Shown here in pieces: positions 10,322 to 19,315 of a stretch of DNA of 64,000 nt. Origin of the DNA: an uncultured Alphaproteobacteria bacterium. Lineage in GTDB: Bacteria > Pseudomonadota > Alphaproteobacteria > RF32 > CAG-239. Each line of letters opens with the position of its first letter. Position 1 is the stretch's first letter. The DNA is taken from NCBI GenBank assembly GCA_944392205.1, contig CALXVV010000012.1, positions 403 to 64,402 on the forward strand, given 5' to 3'. The notes under the pieces are model-generated. The model saw only the letters and a list, made by a program, of their open reading frames with translations. It made no database searches and was not told the DNA's origin. Both the position numbers and the translations under genes were made by a program.

Positions 10322-10353
10322 AACCGCTCTCCTTAAGAGGGCGGTTTTTTTTT
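10322..10353 (-). terminator. Intrinsic terminator downstream of the histidine phosphatase gene
   Basis: The stem is ACCGCTCTCC/GGAGAGCGGT-type (AACCGCTCTCCTTAAGAGGGCGGTTTTTTTTT on the plus strand), flanked by A/T runs. Confidence 0.7.
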
Positions 10354-10365
10354 AGATTCCGGCAT

Positions 10366-10953
10366 CTAGATAACCTGGCGGAAGTGCTTGCTCTCGTCGT
10401 CATAGCTCAGATGCAAAACGGCGCAGTTGTCGTAGCAGACATTCCAAAGCTCCATACCGCAGGCCAAGGCGCTGATTATCCCGGCATGAAGCGAGATTCC
10501 AATATTTTTGCCGGGGTTTTCTTCTGCTATCTTCTGCAAAACGGCAAACGCCCGGTCAAACATTTGGTGCTTGCTCTCGCCTTCAGCAAAACTCATATCC
10601 CAGCTATCTCTGGTCGGCTGGAGAAAGTTCTTCAGCAATTGAGGAAAAAGGCGTTCCAAATCTCCATGCAACATTCCCTCTGCCTTGCCGAAATTACCTT
10701 CTCGCAAATCTTGCATGACGATGACCGGTATCTTGCTGTTGTTCTGTGATACGATGTTGGCCGTTTGTACCGATCTCAACAAAGGAGAACTGTAGATGCA
10801 ATCTAACTTCCTCATTTTGAGAATATTTGCCAAATTCTTAGCTTGATCAACACCTTTATCTGTCAGAAGACGATCACTGCGACAACCCTGGCAACGTCCT
10901 TGCTGATTATAATCCGTCTCGCCGTGGCGAAACACATAAAAATTTGTTTCCAT
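10366..10953 (-). CDS. Histidine phosphatase family protein (phosphoglycerate mutase-like)
   Basis: N-terminal RHGETDYN catalytic motif (YVFRHGETDYNQQGRCQG) and a later SLHAG histidine motif. Confidence 0.85.
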   Translation of the reverse strand: METNFYVFRHGETDYNQQGRCQGCRSDRLLTDKGVDQAKNLANILKMRKLDCIYSSPLLRSVQTANIVSQNNSKIPVIVMQDLREGNFGKAEGMLHGDLERLFPQLLKNFLQPTRDSWDMSFAEGESKHQMFDRAFAVLQKIAEENPGKNIGISLHAGIISALACGMELWNVCYDNCAVLHLSYDDESKHFRQVI

Positions 10954-11015
10954 AATTTATCTTTTGTTTAATTTGCACTTCTGCCTATAAACCTTTTTTG
11001 TCTTTTTGGCAACAA

Positions 11016-11045
11016 AAAACCGCCTCTCTCAAGGCGGTTTTTATC
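11016..11045 (-). terminator. Intrinsic terminator downstream of ileS
   Basis: AAAAAACCGCCTCTCTCAAGGCGGTTTTT hairpin immediately 3' of the ileS stop codon. Confidence 0.8.
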
Positions 11046-11060
11046 TTAAGCCTTATAAAT

Positions 11061-14000
11061 TTAAGCCACTTTGGCATCAAAGCTGACTTTGGCGCCCTCA
11101 ATATCGGCCGTGGTACCGCCGGTGCAGCTATCTCCAAACTTAACGGCCAAAACCTGCTCGGCAATATAGGCTTTATTCTCATCCAAGGCTTTGGCAAGCT
11201 CCGGATTAGATGTCTGCCAGCAGAGCTCTATGCGGTCTGAGATGTTGAAGTCTTTATCTTTTCTTAAGGTTTGAACCAGGCGGACAAAGTCTCTGGCCAT
11301 GCCCTCGCGTTTTAACTCATCGGTTACATTGGTATCCAAGGTGACAACCGCTTTGTTATCTGCAAAAGACTTGCCGGCAACGCCCTCTTTCATCTCCAGG
11401 CGGACCTCAAACAAATCAGGTGTCAACTTCTGACCGCCGATTGACAAAGTTCCGTCAGCATTCAGCTCCCAGCGGCCTTGCTTGTAAGCGGCCATGACCG
11501 CGCCCATGTCTCTGCCCAAAGCCTTGCCCAAAAGCGGCGTATATAGATAGATCTTCTTTTCCGCATAGGCGCTCAAGTTATCGTCAAATTTAACCTCTTT
11601 GACATTTAACTCGTCTTTGACAATCTCTTGATATGCCGGGCTCAGTTTATGGCCAACCAAGGTCATTGAGGCCAACGGTAAGCGGTTGCGCAGATTCTTT
11701 TCCTCGCGGATGAACTTGCCGGCTGAGCATAGCTCTTGCAAGAAATCCATCTCTTCAACCAAGTCAGCATCAAACTTAATCTCTTGCAAGCTCGGATAAT
11801 CTGTCAGGTGAACGGATTCTTCACCGGTTAAGGTCTTGAAGACATACTCTGAAACAAACGGCATCAGCGGGGCAATAATCTTGCTCAAGTTTACCAAAAC
11901 CGTATACAAGACATCAAATGCCTGCGTATCTCCCTCCCAGAAGCGGTCGCGGCTGCGGCGAATATACCAGTTGTTTAATATCTCCATAAACGAGGCAACC
12001 TCGTTTGTGGCAACGGCAACATCATAACTGCTGATGCCTTTATTGACCACCTCTGCCAGTTTTTTCAACTTGGAGAGAATGTAATTGTCTATTGCCTCTG
12101 AAGAGCTATAAACCTCTTTGGCCTTGTAGCCCTCAGCATTGGCGTAAAGAGTGAAGAAGTAAAAGGCGTTCCAAAGCGGGATTTGGGCCACGCGGGCGGC
12201 TTTGGCTATTTCTTTTCCCTCCTTATCGACGGCCAAGTTGCCGCCTTTTAGGACCGGAGAAGATACCAAGAACCAGCGCAGAGTATCTGAACCGATGCTT
12301 TCCAAGACCTCGTTGGGGTCAGGATAGTTCTTGAGGCGTTTGGAAAGCTTCTGCCCGCCTTCGGCCATCAGCAAACCTGTGCAAATACAATTCTTGAAAG
12401 CAGGTTTATTGTGCAAAGCGGTTGAAAGCACCGTCAGAGTATAAAACCATCCACGGGTCTGGTCCATCGCTTCAACAATGAAATCTGCAGGGAAGTGGTT
12501 TTCAAACCATTCCTTGTTCTCAAACGGATAATGCACCTGAGCATAGGGCATTGAGCCGCTCTCAAACCAGCAGTCAAAGACATCGCCCACGCGGCGCATC
12601 ATGGTTTGGCCTGACGGGTCATCGGGGTTTTTGTAAACAACCTCATCAATGTAGGGCTTATGTAAATCTTTTACATCAAACCCGGTTTTTTCTTTAATCT
12701 CAGCCAGAGAACCAAAGACATCAACTCTCGGGAATTTCGGATTATCAGACTTCCACACCGGAATCGGGGTTCCCCAGAAACGATTGCGCGAGATTGACCA
12801 ATCTCTGGCCCCCTCAAGCCACTTACCGAAACGGCCGTCTTTAATATGGTCCGGCACCCAATTTATCTCTTGGTTGTTTTTGACCATCTCATCTCTGAAA
12901 TCCGTTACTTTTACAAACCAGCTGGACATCGCCTTATAAATAAGCGGGGTGTCTGTGCGCCAGCAGAAGGGATAAGAGTGCGTGTATTGTTCTTTTTTCA
13001 CCAAAAGGCCGTTTTCTTTCAGCCACTGCATAATCGGCTCATTGGTTTCAAAAACCTGTTTTCCCTCATAGTCCGGAACTTCTGAGGTAAACTTGCCGGC
13101 CTCATCTACCGGGCATACAACCGGGAAATGTTCATCATAGGCGCGGCAGGCATCAAAGTCATCTTGACCAAAACCCGGAGCAATGTGGACAACGCCGGTT
13201 CCGTCCTCGGTTGAAACAAACTCTCCTGCCAAAACTTTGAAGGCGCCCTTTTCTTTCAAATGTTTGAAATAAGGGAACATCGGCTCATAGCTCAAGCCGA
13301 CCAAATCCTTACCTTTGAGCGAGCCAACCTCGGTTGCATGCTCAAGCTGTTTTTTGTATCTGCCCACCAGAGCTCGAGCCAAAACATATTTTTGGCCATC
13401 TTCTTCCATCACAACATAATCAATATCATTGCCGACGGCCAACATCAGGTTTGAAGGCAAGGTCCATGGTGTGGTGGTCCAAACCAAAATCTTCATGCCG
13501 TTTTCAAGCTTGAACATTACCGTGATGGCATTATCGGTCTTGTCTTGGTAGCCCTGGTTGACCTCAAAGTTGGAAAGCGGAGTCTCTGCCGCCCAAGAAT
13601 ATGGCAGTACGCGGTAGTCCTCATATACCAAGCCTTTGTCATAGAGCTGTTTGAAGTTGGAAATAACACTTTCCATAAAAGGCAAATCCATGGTCTTGTA
13701 GTCATGGTTAAAGTCTACCCAGCGACCGATGCGTTTGAACATCTCAACCCAAATGCCAGAATACTTCAAAACATCAGAACGGCAAAAATTGTTAAACTTC
13801 TCAACACCATATTGCTCAATTTGCTTGCGGCCGGAAACGCCCAACTGTTTTTCTGCCGACATCTCGGCCGGAAGCCCGTGGCAGTCCCACCCCAAACGGC
13901 GCTCTACCTTTTTGCCGTTCATGGTCTGGAAACGCGCAACAACGTCTTTGACGTATGATACCATGATGTGTCCATAGTGCGGGGTGCCGTTGGCAAACGG

Positions 14001-14150
14001 AGGGCCGTCATAAAATACAAACTCGGCAGCACCGTCACGATTGTGAACGGATTTTTCAAAAGTTTTATCTTCATCCCAGAACTTGAGGACTTCTTTTTCG
14101 ACTTCTACAAAGTCAGGCTTGGCCTTAACATCGGCATAATGTTTTGTCAT
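11061..14150 (-). CDS. ileS: Isoleucine--tRNA ligase (type 2 / eukaryote-like architecture)
   Basis: Class I motifs: PPFANGTPHYGH (HIGH) and KLSKRL (KMSKS). The CP1 editing region contains TTTPWTLPSN. About 1030 aa, with no recognisable C-terminal zinc-finger region of the type-1 enzyme. I place the start at the ATG at 14150 (MTKHY), which has AAGGTG 9 nt upstream, rather than the TTG at 14156 used by the track. Confidence 0.93.
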   Translation of the reverse strand: MTKHYADVKAKPDFVEVEKEVLKFWDEDKTFEKSVHNRDGAAEFVFYDGPPFANGTPHYGHIMVSYVKDVVARFQTMNGKKVERRLGWDCHGLPAEMSAEKQLGVSGRKQIEQYGVEKFNNFCRSDVLKYSGIWVEMFKRIGRWVDFNHDYKTMDLPFMESVISNFKQLYDKGLVYEDYRVLPYSWAAETPLSNFEVNQGYQDKTDNAITVMFKLENGMKILVWTTTPWTLPSNLMLAVGNDIDYVVMEEDGQKYVLARALVGRYKKQLEHATEVGSLKGKDLVGLSYEPMFPYFKHLKEKGAFKVLAGEFVSTEDGTGVVHIAPGFGQDDFDACRAYDEHFPVVCPVDEAGKFTSEVPDYEGKQVFETNEPIMQWLKENGLLVKKEQYTHSYPFCWRTDTPLIYKAMSSWFVKVTDFRDEMVKNNQEINWVPDHIKDGRFGKWLEGARDWSISRNRFWGTPIPVWKSDNPKFPRVDVFGSLAEIKEKTGFDVKDLHKPYIDEVVYKNPDDPSGQTMMRRVGDVFDCWFESGSMPYAQVHYPFENKEWFENHFPADFIVEAMDQTRGWFYTLTVLSTALHNKPAFKNCICTGLLMAEGGQKLSKRLKNYPDPNEVLESIGSDTLRWFLVSSPVLKGGNLAVDKEGKEIAKAARVAQIPLWNAFYFFTLYANAEGYKAKEVYSSSEAIDNYILSKLKKLAEVVNKGISSYDVAVATNEVASFMEILNNWYIRRSRDRFWEGDTQAFDVLYTVLVNLSKIIAPLMPFVSEYVFKTLTGEESVHLTDYPSLQEIKFDADLVEEMDFLQELCSAGKFIREEKNLRNRLPLASMTLVGHKLSPAYQEIVKDELNVKEVKFDDNLSAYAEKKIYLYTPLLGKALGRDMGAVMAAYKQGRWELNADGTLSIGGQKLTPDLFEVRLEMKEGVAGKSFADNKAVVTLDTNVTDELKREGMARDFVRLVQTLRKDKDFNISDRIELCWQTSNPELAKALDENKAYIAEQVLAVKFGDSCTGGTTADIEGAKVSFDAKVA

Positions 14151-14496
14151 TATCAAACACCTTAAAATTTTTGATTATTTTGTTTTGAAAAAATTGGTTG
14201 AGTATGTGCAGCAAAAATATCATCCCCCTAGGGGATAATGCTAAAAATCGGTGATATGAAAAATTTGCACATATTTATTCTCTCTTAAAAAGACTTAACT
14301 CGCGTTTCAAAATAATACATTGATTCAGTTGAGTCAAACATAAATTTGCCCCTATTTCCTTTTTCTTCATAATGGAAACAAAAAAAATTTGCATTTTGTC
14401 TAAAGATATAGTATTCGGGAATTATCAACACAAATTACGCTTACTATAATTTTAAAGACAAAATAAGAAAATTATTGACTCTAAAACCCAAGCCTT

Positions 14497-14685
14497 ATGG
14501 AAGCCTTTCTAACATTTCTCACCATTTTAGGTGGTGTCGTCTTTGCGTTGTTTGTTCTTATGTTGCTGGTGATAATTTTTCTGTTCACCGTGTGCAAAAT
14601 ATCTTTGTGGCATGCAGACCAGCAAAGAAAAAAACGGTTGGAAACACTTTATAAACAAAAAAAGGATGATTCTCTTTTCCGTTAG
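14497..14685 (+). CDS. Small single-pass membrane protein (62 aa), hypothetical
   Basis: The ORF has one strongly hydrophobic helix (FLTILGGVVFALFVLMLLVIIFLFTV) and a basic tail, and is followed by a terminator. No homology recognised. Confidence 0.45.
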   Translation: MEAFLTFLTILGGVVFALFVLMLLVIIFLFTVCKISLWHADQQRKKRLETLYKQKKDDSLFR

Positions 14686-14691
14686 CGCTTT

Positions 14692-14727
14692 AGCCCCGCC
14701 TTTTTAAAATGGCCGGGCTTTTTTTTA
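14692..14727. terminator. Bidirectional intrinsic terminator between the small ORF and anmK
   Basis: AGCCCCGCC-TTTTTAAAAT-GGCCGGGCT followed by TTTTTTT. The stem has one mismatch. Confidence 0.65.
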
Positions 14728-14733
14728 TGGGCT

Positions 14734-15840
14734 TCATTTACCTGATTGCGGCTCAAAGACCTCGCCGCAGATGCAGGGCTCTCTCACGCCGGTCGTGAAG
14801 GGATAGGTTGCGGGCATAAAATTTTCTCTCCTTACCGCCAAATAGGCAAAAGCCTGCGCCTCTATGGCAGAGGCATCCCAGCCCATATCTGCTGCGGTTT
14901 TAACCTCAATATCCTCAAGTCTTTGGCGCAAAAAACGTACCAAGGTCGGGTTTTTGGCTCCGCCCCCGCAAACAACAACCATCTTTGGACGTTGCGGCAG
15001 ATAAAGCGCCATTGAATAAGCTATGGCCTCAGCCACAAAAGAGGTGGCTGCAGCAGCGCCGTCTTCCAAACTCAAGCCTTCCAAATGCTCCAACTTGTCA
15101 TTAAATGTATTTTTATTAGCCGCTTTAGGTGGAAATTTGGCCAAATACTTATGCCGCATGAGCTGGTTGACTATCGGCATATGGACAGTGCCGGTGGCTG
15201 CCAGCTTGCCGTTGTAATCCATGTGTTGGCCGCTGTGCTTGAAAACCCAATCATTTATTGCATTATTTCCGGGACCGACATCAAAAGCCAACATCTCGCC
15301 ATTTTCACCAATCCAAGTGAGGCTCGAGATACCGCCGATATCTACAACCGCCAAAGGCTTTGGCAGGTTGTGGCTTATTGCCTGATGGTATAGGGCCGAA
15401 AGCGGTGCACCTTGGCCGCCTGAGAGTATGTCTGCCTGGCGGAAGCGGCTGATGGTCTTAATCCCGCACAAATTGGCTAACAGCTGCCCATCTCCTAATT
15501 GCAAGATAAACTGCTCAGCCGGATTGTGGGCAATAATATGGCCGGCAAAACCAATAATATCTATTTTCTCATCGTAGTCATTGATGATGTCTTTGACAAT
15601 TGCGGCGTGAAACTCCGTAAACTCTTTTTCAAGTTGCTCTTTTTCTTCTGCCTCTGCATCCTTATAGTGGCGGTGAAACCAGCGCAGTTTTTCCCTTAAC
15701 TCATCTTCAAACGGAACATCTAAAATCGGGCCAAAATCAAAAACATCTACCCCATCGGTTGAAATCACCGCGGCATTGACCCCATCAAGCGATGATCCGC
15801 TCATTAATCCAAGCGCTCTCTTTGCACGCAACAAATCCAT
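14734..15840 (-). CDS. anmK: Anhydro-N-acetylmuramic acid kinase
   Basis: Contains GLMSGSSLDGVNAAV near the N-terminus, then DIGGISS, FDVGPGN and VCGGGAKN. This is the typical AnmK motif series. Confidence 0.9.
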   Translation of the reverse strand: MDLLRAKRALGLMSGSSLDGVNAAVISTDGVDVFDFGPILDVPFEDELREKLRWFHRHYKDAEAEEKEQLEKEFTEFHAAIVKDIINDYDEKIDIIGFAGHIIAHNPAEQFILQLGDGQLLANLCGIKTISRFRQADILSGGQGAPLSALYHQAISHNLPKPLAVVDIGGISSLTWIGENGEMLAFDVGPGNNAINDWVFKHSGQHMDYNGKLAATGTVHMPIVNQLMRHKYLAKFPPKAANKNTFNDKLEHLEGLSLEDGAAAATSFVAEAIAYSMALYLPQRPKMVVVCGGGAKNPTLVRFLRQRLEDIEVKTAADMGWDASAIEAQAFAYLAVRRENFMPATYPFTTGVREPCICGEVFEPQSGK

Positions 15841-15928
15841 GACTAAAAATCAAACTCCCTTCTTGCAATAGCCAAATATTATGCTAATATGCGTTAAAAT
15901 TTGGTTATAAAAAAGAAAAGGAAAAACA

Positions 15929-17179
15929 ATGTCACAATTTAAATCCCAATTCCTCAACATTATGCTTGAGCGCGGTTTTTACAATCAATGCACTAATGAG
16001 CAGGGCTTTGATGATTATTTGGCCGAGTGCGAAAAAAGCGGCAAACCGGCGGTTGGGTATTTGGGCTCCGACCCCACGGGGGATAGCTTGCATGTGGGGC
16101 ATATTGTGCCATTGATGATGATGCGCTGGTTCCAAAAATGCGGGCACAAGCCCCTCACCTTGGTTGGCGGTGCCACTGCCCGAATCGGCGACCCTTCCGG
16201 CAAAGACAAACTGCGTCCGTTCTTGTCTGAGGAGGTTTTGGCTCACAACATCATCGGGCTTAAAAAGTCTTTCTCAAAATTCCTAAAATTCGGTGACGGC
16301 GCTACTGATGCCAAAATGGTTGATAACTGGGATTGGTTCAAAGATGTTAATTATCTTGCCTTTTTGCGCGATATCGGAACCTTTTATTCGGTCAACAGGA
16401 TGCTCACCATGGACAGTGTCAAAACTCGTTTAGAGCGCGAGCAGCCTATGAGCTTCTTGGAATTTAACTATATGCTGTTGCAAGGATATGATTTTTGCGA
16501 GCTTTACCAGAAATATGATTGTCGGGCACAGATTGCCGGCTCCGACCAATGGGGCAACATCACCTCAGGTACCGAGCTCGGCCGCCGCAAATATGATGTG
16601 GAATTGTTTGGCTTTACAAGCCCGATTATCACTGATTCCAACGGCAAAAAAATGGGCAAATCCGAAGGCAATGCGGTTTGGATTAATGAGGATAAACTCT
16701 CTGCCTATGACTATTTCCAGTATTTCCGCAATATCGGAGATGCCGAGGTCGGCAAATGTTTGCGTATTTATACAGACCTGCCGATGGATGAAATCCGCCG
16801 CTTAGAGGCCTTGAAAGACCAAGAAATTAACGAGGCCAAGAAAATTTTGGCCTTTGAGGCTACAAAAATCTGCCGCGGCGAGGAAGAAGCCCGCAAAGCT
16901 CAAGAAACCGCGGTTAAGACCTTTGAGCAAGGCATGGCCGGCGGTGATTTGCCGCAAATCAACGGCAGCGAGGGGCTCGGAATTTTGGATGCCTTTTTGC
17001 AAATGGGCTTTGTTGAGAGCAAAGGCGAGGCCCGCCGCCTGATTAAGCAAAACGGCCTCAAACTCAACGATAAGCCAATCACGGATGAGAACTATCGTTT
17101 GAGTGCAGCTGATTTTGTGGATGGGCAAGCCAAAATCTCTCAGGGAAAGAAAAAACACGGCCTTATCAAACTGGCCTAG
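15929..17179 (+). CDS. tyrS: Tyrosine--tRNA ligase
   Basis: GSDPTGDSLHVGH (HIGH), KMGKS (KMSKS), and a C-terminal S4-like domain (ARRLIKQNGLKLN). Confidence 0.95.
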   Translation: MSQFKSQFLNIMLERGFYNQCTNEQGFDDYLAECEKSGKPAVGYLGSDPTGDSLHVGHIVPLMMMRWFQKCGHKPLTLVGGATARIGDPSGKDKLRPFLSEEVLAHNIIGLKKSFSKFLKFGDGATDAKMVDNWDWFKDVNYLAFLRDIGTFYSVNRMLTMDSVKTRLEREQPMSFLEFNYMLLQGYDFCELYQKYDCRAQIAGSDQWGNITSGTELGRRKYDVELFGFTSPIITDSNGKKMGKSEGNAVWINEDKLSAYDYFQYFRNIGDAEVGKCLRIYTDLPMDEIRRLEALKDQEINEAKKILAFEATKICRGEEEARKAQETAVKTFEQGMAGGDLPQINGSEGLGILDAFLQMGFVESKGEARRLIKQNGLKLNDKPITDENYRLSAADFVDGQAKISQGKKKHGLIKLA

Positions 17180-17322
17180 TCCTTTAGGAGCATAATAGAA
17201 AATGAGCTTGCCATCTTCGGCGGGCTTATTTTTTGAAAAAAATATTGATTTTTGTCTAAAATATGGTATGGTGTTTTTATCATAATATCTTATTTATAAA
17301 CAATTCTAAAAACCCAAACATT

Positions 17323-17715
17323 ATGAAAACTACCAGCCTAACAATCCGCCAAGCTATCTACAATGGTGATGTTTATACAATTTGTTTTGAGGAGGATGCG
17401 TATTTACCGTCTGACAGACAATCTTTGATGTGCATTTCCCGACCGCTCTTCCGGAATATCGGCAGGCCTAAGCCGGGAATGAAACTTAGAATTGAACAGT
17501 CGGACGACGGCATCTTCTTCTATCTTGATGGGCAGCTGCTTGGATCGCCGAAGACCTGGCTTTCTTGGCCGATTGAGAAGTGTAAAGAGGTGATTGCGCG
17601 ACAGTTAGAAGCTCGAAAGCGCGTTGAGGCTGCTAAGGCTCGTCTGAAACGTGCTGAAGAAGCTAAAAAGAGTGAGAAACGTATCGCTCGCAAAGCGCGC
17701 CTTGCCCTTGCTTAG
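17323..17715 (+). CDS. Hypothetical protein with a basic coiled-coil C-terminus
   Basis: I start at the ATG at 17323 (MKTTSLTIRQ) rather than the track's 17263. The tail is Lys/Arg/Ala-rich (RKRVEAAKARLKRAEEAKKSEKRIARKARLALA). A terminator follows. Confidence 0.5.
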   Translation: MKTTSLTIRQAIYNGDVYTICFEEDAYLPSDRQSLMCISRPLFRNIGRPKPGMKLRIEQSDDGIFFYLDGQLLGSPKTWLSWPIEKCKEVIARQLEARKRVEAAKARLKRAEEAKKSEKRIARKARLALA

Positions 17716-17728
17716 CGGTTCTCCTCTT

Positions 17729-17761
17729 GGTGTCTGAGTTTTTTCTCAGGCACCTTTTTTA
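17729..17761 (+). terminator. Intrinsic terminator
   Basis: GGTGTCTGAG-TTTTTT-CTCAGGCACC followed by a T-run. Confidence 0.8.
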
Positions 17762-17864
17762 TGCCTAAAATTTAAATATCAAAATATTCTGTGCTTGATA
17801 TTTGATAAAATAATCCTTACCTTATTTAGGTGCCGCTATTGTTTCTAGAAAGGGTCAAGATAAA

Positions 17865-18320
17865 ATGCCTGAAAATAATCTGCCGGAATTAAGAGATATT
17901 CATCTGCCTCAAGGGGTTGATTTTTTTCCCATAGCCTATGGCTGGTGGGTGATTTTGGCTGGTGTTTTAGGTCTTGTTGCCTTGTTTTTTCTTATCCGCT
18001 TTTTGCGCAAAAAATCCAAGAAACTTTACGCCCTTTATCTGTTAAAAAACATCACACCCATAAATCCTGTTATCGCCGCGGCCCAAATCTCGGTTATCTT
18101 ACGGAGAATCTGTGTGTTCAAATATAAAGAGGCCGCCACGCTTGCCGGCAATGATTGGCTCCAATTTCTCAATGCCAAAGCCAAAAAGCCCTTAGCCGGA
18201 AAAGCCGCAGAGCTCCTGCTTGAGGCGCCCTATATCCCCCAAAACAGCAAAGCTTTTGCCCGCATAGATGCCTTGAACTTACAGAACTTTTGCAAAAGTT
18301 GGATTGGAGAAAACCTATGA
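17865..18320 (+). CDS. DUF4381-like membrane protein (first gene of the Bat-type operon)
   Basis: 151 aa with the typical start LPELRDIHLP...WW, then a transmembrane helix and a basic stretch. Its stop overlaps the next start (ATGA). Position and architecture match the small protein that precedes batA in aerotolerance operons. Confidence 0.7.
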   Translation: MPENNLPELRDIHLPQGVDFFPIAYGWWVILAGVLGLVALFFLIRFLRKKSKKLYALYLLKNITPINPVIAAAQISVILRRICVFKYKEAATLAGNDWLQFLNAKAKKPLAGKAAELLLEAPYIPQNSKAFARIDALNLQNFCKSWIGENL

Positions 18321-19315
18321 ATCAGTTTGCCTTTCCATATGCTTTTTTGCTTATTTTACTGCCTTTTATCTGGCGTTTTTTGTGGCCTGCCGCCAAGGGC
18401 CTGCACGGTGATGCCTTAAAAATCCCTTTCATTAAAGATTTGGAGAAAATATCCATCAAATCTGGCGCATTGTGGCAAATGGGCGCCTCAACCGAGGGTT
18501 ACCGTTTAAGTAAGCTTTTCTGGTGGTTATTCGTAATTTGGGTCTTGCTGGTCATTGCCGTGGCCAGGCCTCAATGGGTGGGTGAGCCTATCAGGCTTAA
18601 AAACGAAAGCCGCGATATTATGCTGGTTTTGGATATCTCAACTTCTATGCTGGCGCAAGATTTTACTTATGGTTCCCGCCGAATCGACCGGCTCAGTGCG
18701 GTTAAAAAAACAGCCTCAGATTTTATCAGCAAACGCGCCAATGACAGAATCGGCCTTATCTTGTTTGGAACAAGGGCTTACCTGCAATCGCCGCTCACGT
18801 TTGACAAGAAGTCGGTGGAGGAAATTTTGTGGTCAATGGATGCCGGAATGGCCGGAGATTCCACCAGTATCGGTGATGCTTTGGGGCTTGCTCTCAAGAC
18901 GCTCAAAGATGCTCCCAAAGGCGATAACAAGGTTATCATCCTTTTAACCGATGGTGAGAACAACGATGGCTCTCTTTCCATGCCGCAGGCAGTCAAACTG
19001 GCCTCTGAAGAAGGGATTAAAACTTATACCATCGGTGTTGGCTCCAAAAACTCTTTTTTGGGTCTGTTTTTGGGCGCGACGCCCGGGGTAGATGAAAAAG
19101 GCCTCAAAGCCTTGGCGCAGGCCACTGCCGGACAATATTTCAGGGCCGAGGACACGTCAACTTTGCAACAAATTTATAACTACATCGACAAACTTGAGGC
19201 CGCTCCTCAGGAAAACCGCTTTATCAGAGAGACAACAGAGCTTTACTACATTCCGCTCTTGGCGGCGATTATCTTGAGTTTTATCTTGGCTTTAGTGGTT
19301 CGGAGGGCAAAGTAA
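18317..19315 (+). CDS. batA: VWA domain-containing protein BatA
   Basis: N-terminal transmembrane helix (FAFPYAFLLILLPFIW), VWA MIDAS motif (VLDISTSM), LLTDGENN, and a C-terminal transmembrane helix. I start at the ATG at 18317 (MNQFAF), which is translationally coupled to the upstream gene. Confidence 0.85.
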   Translation: MNQFAFPYAFLLILLPFIWRFLWPAAKGLHGDALKIPFIKDLEKISIKSGALWQMGASTEGYRLSKLFWWLFVIWVLLVIAVARPQWVGEPIRLKNESRDIMLVLDISTSMLAQDFTYGSRRIDRLSAVKKTASDFISKRANDRIGLILFGTRAYLQSPLTFDKKSVEEILWSMDAGMAGDSTSIGDALGLALKTLKDAPKGDNKVIILLTDGENNDGSLSMPQAVKLASEEGIKTYTIGVGSKNSFLGLFLGATPGVDEKGLKALAQATAGQYFRAEDTSTLQQIYNYIDKLEAAPQENRFIRETTELYYIPLLAAIILSFILALVVRRAK

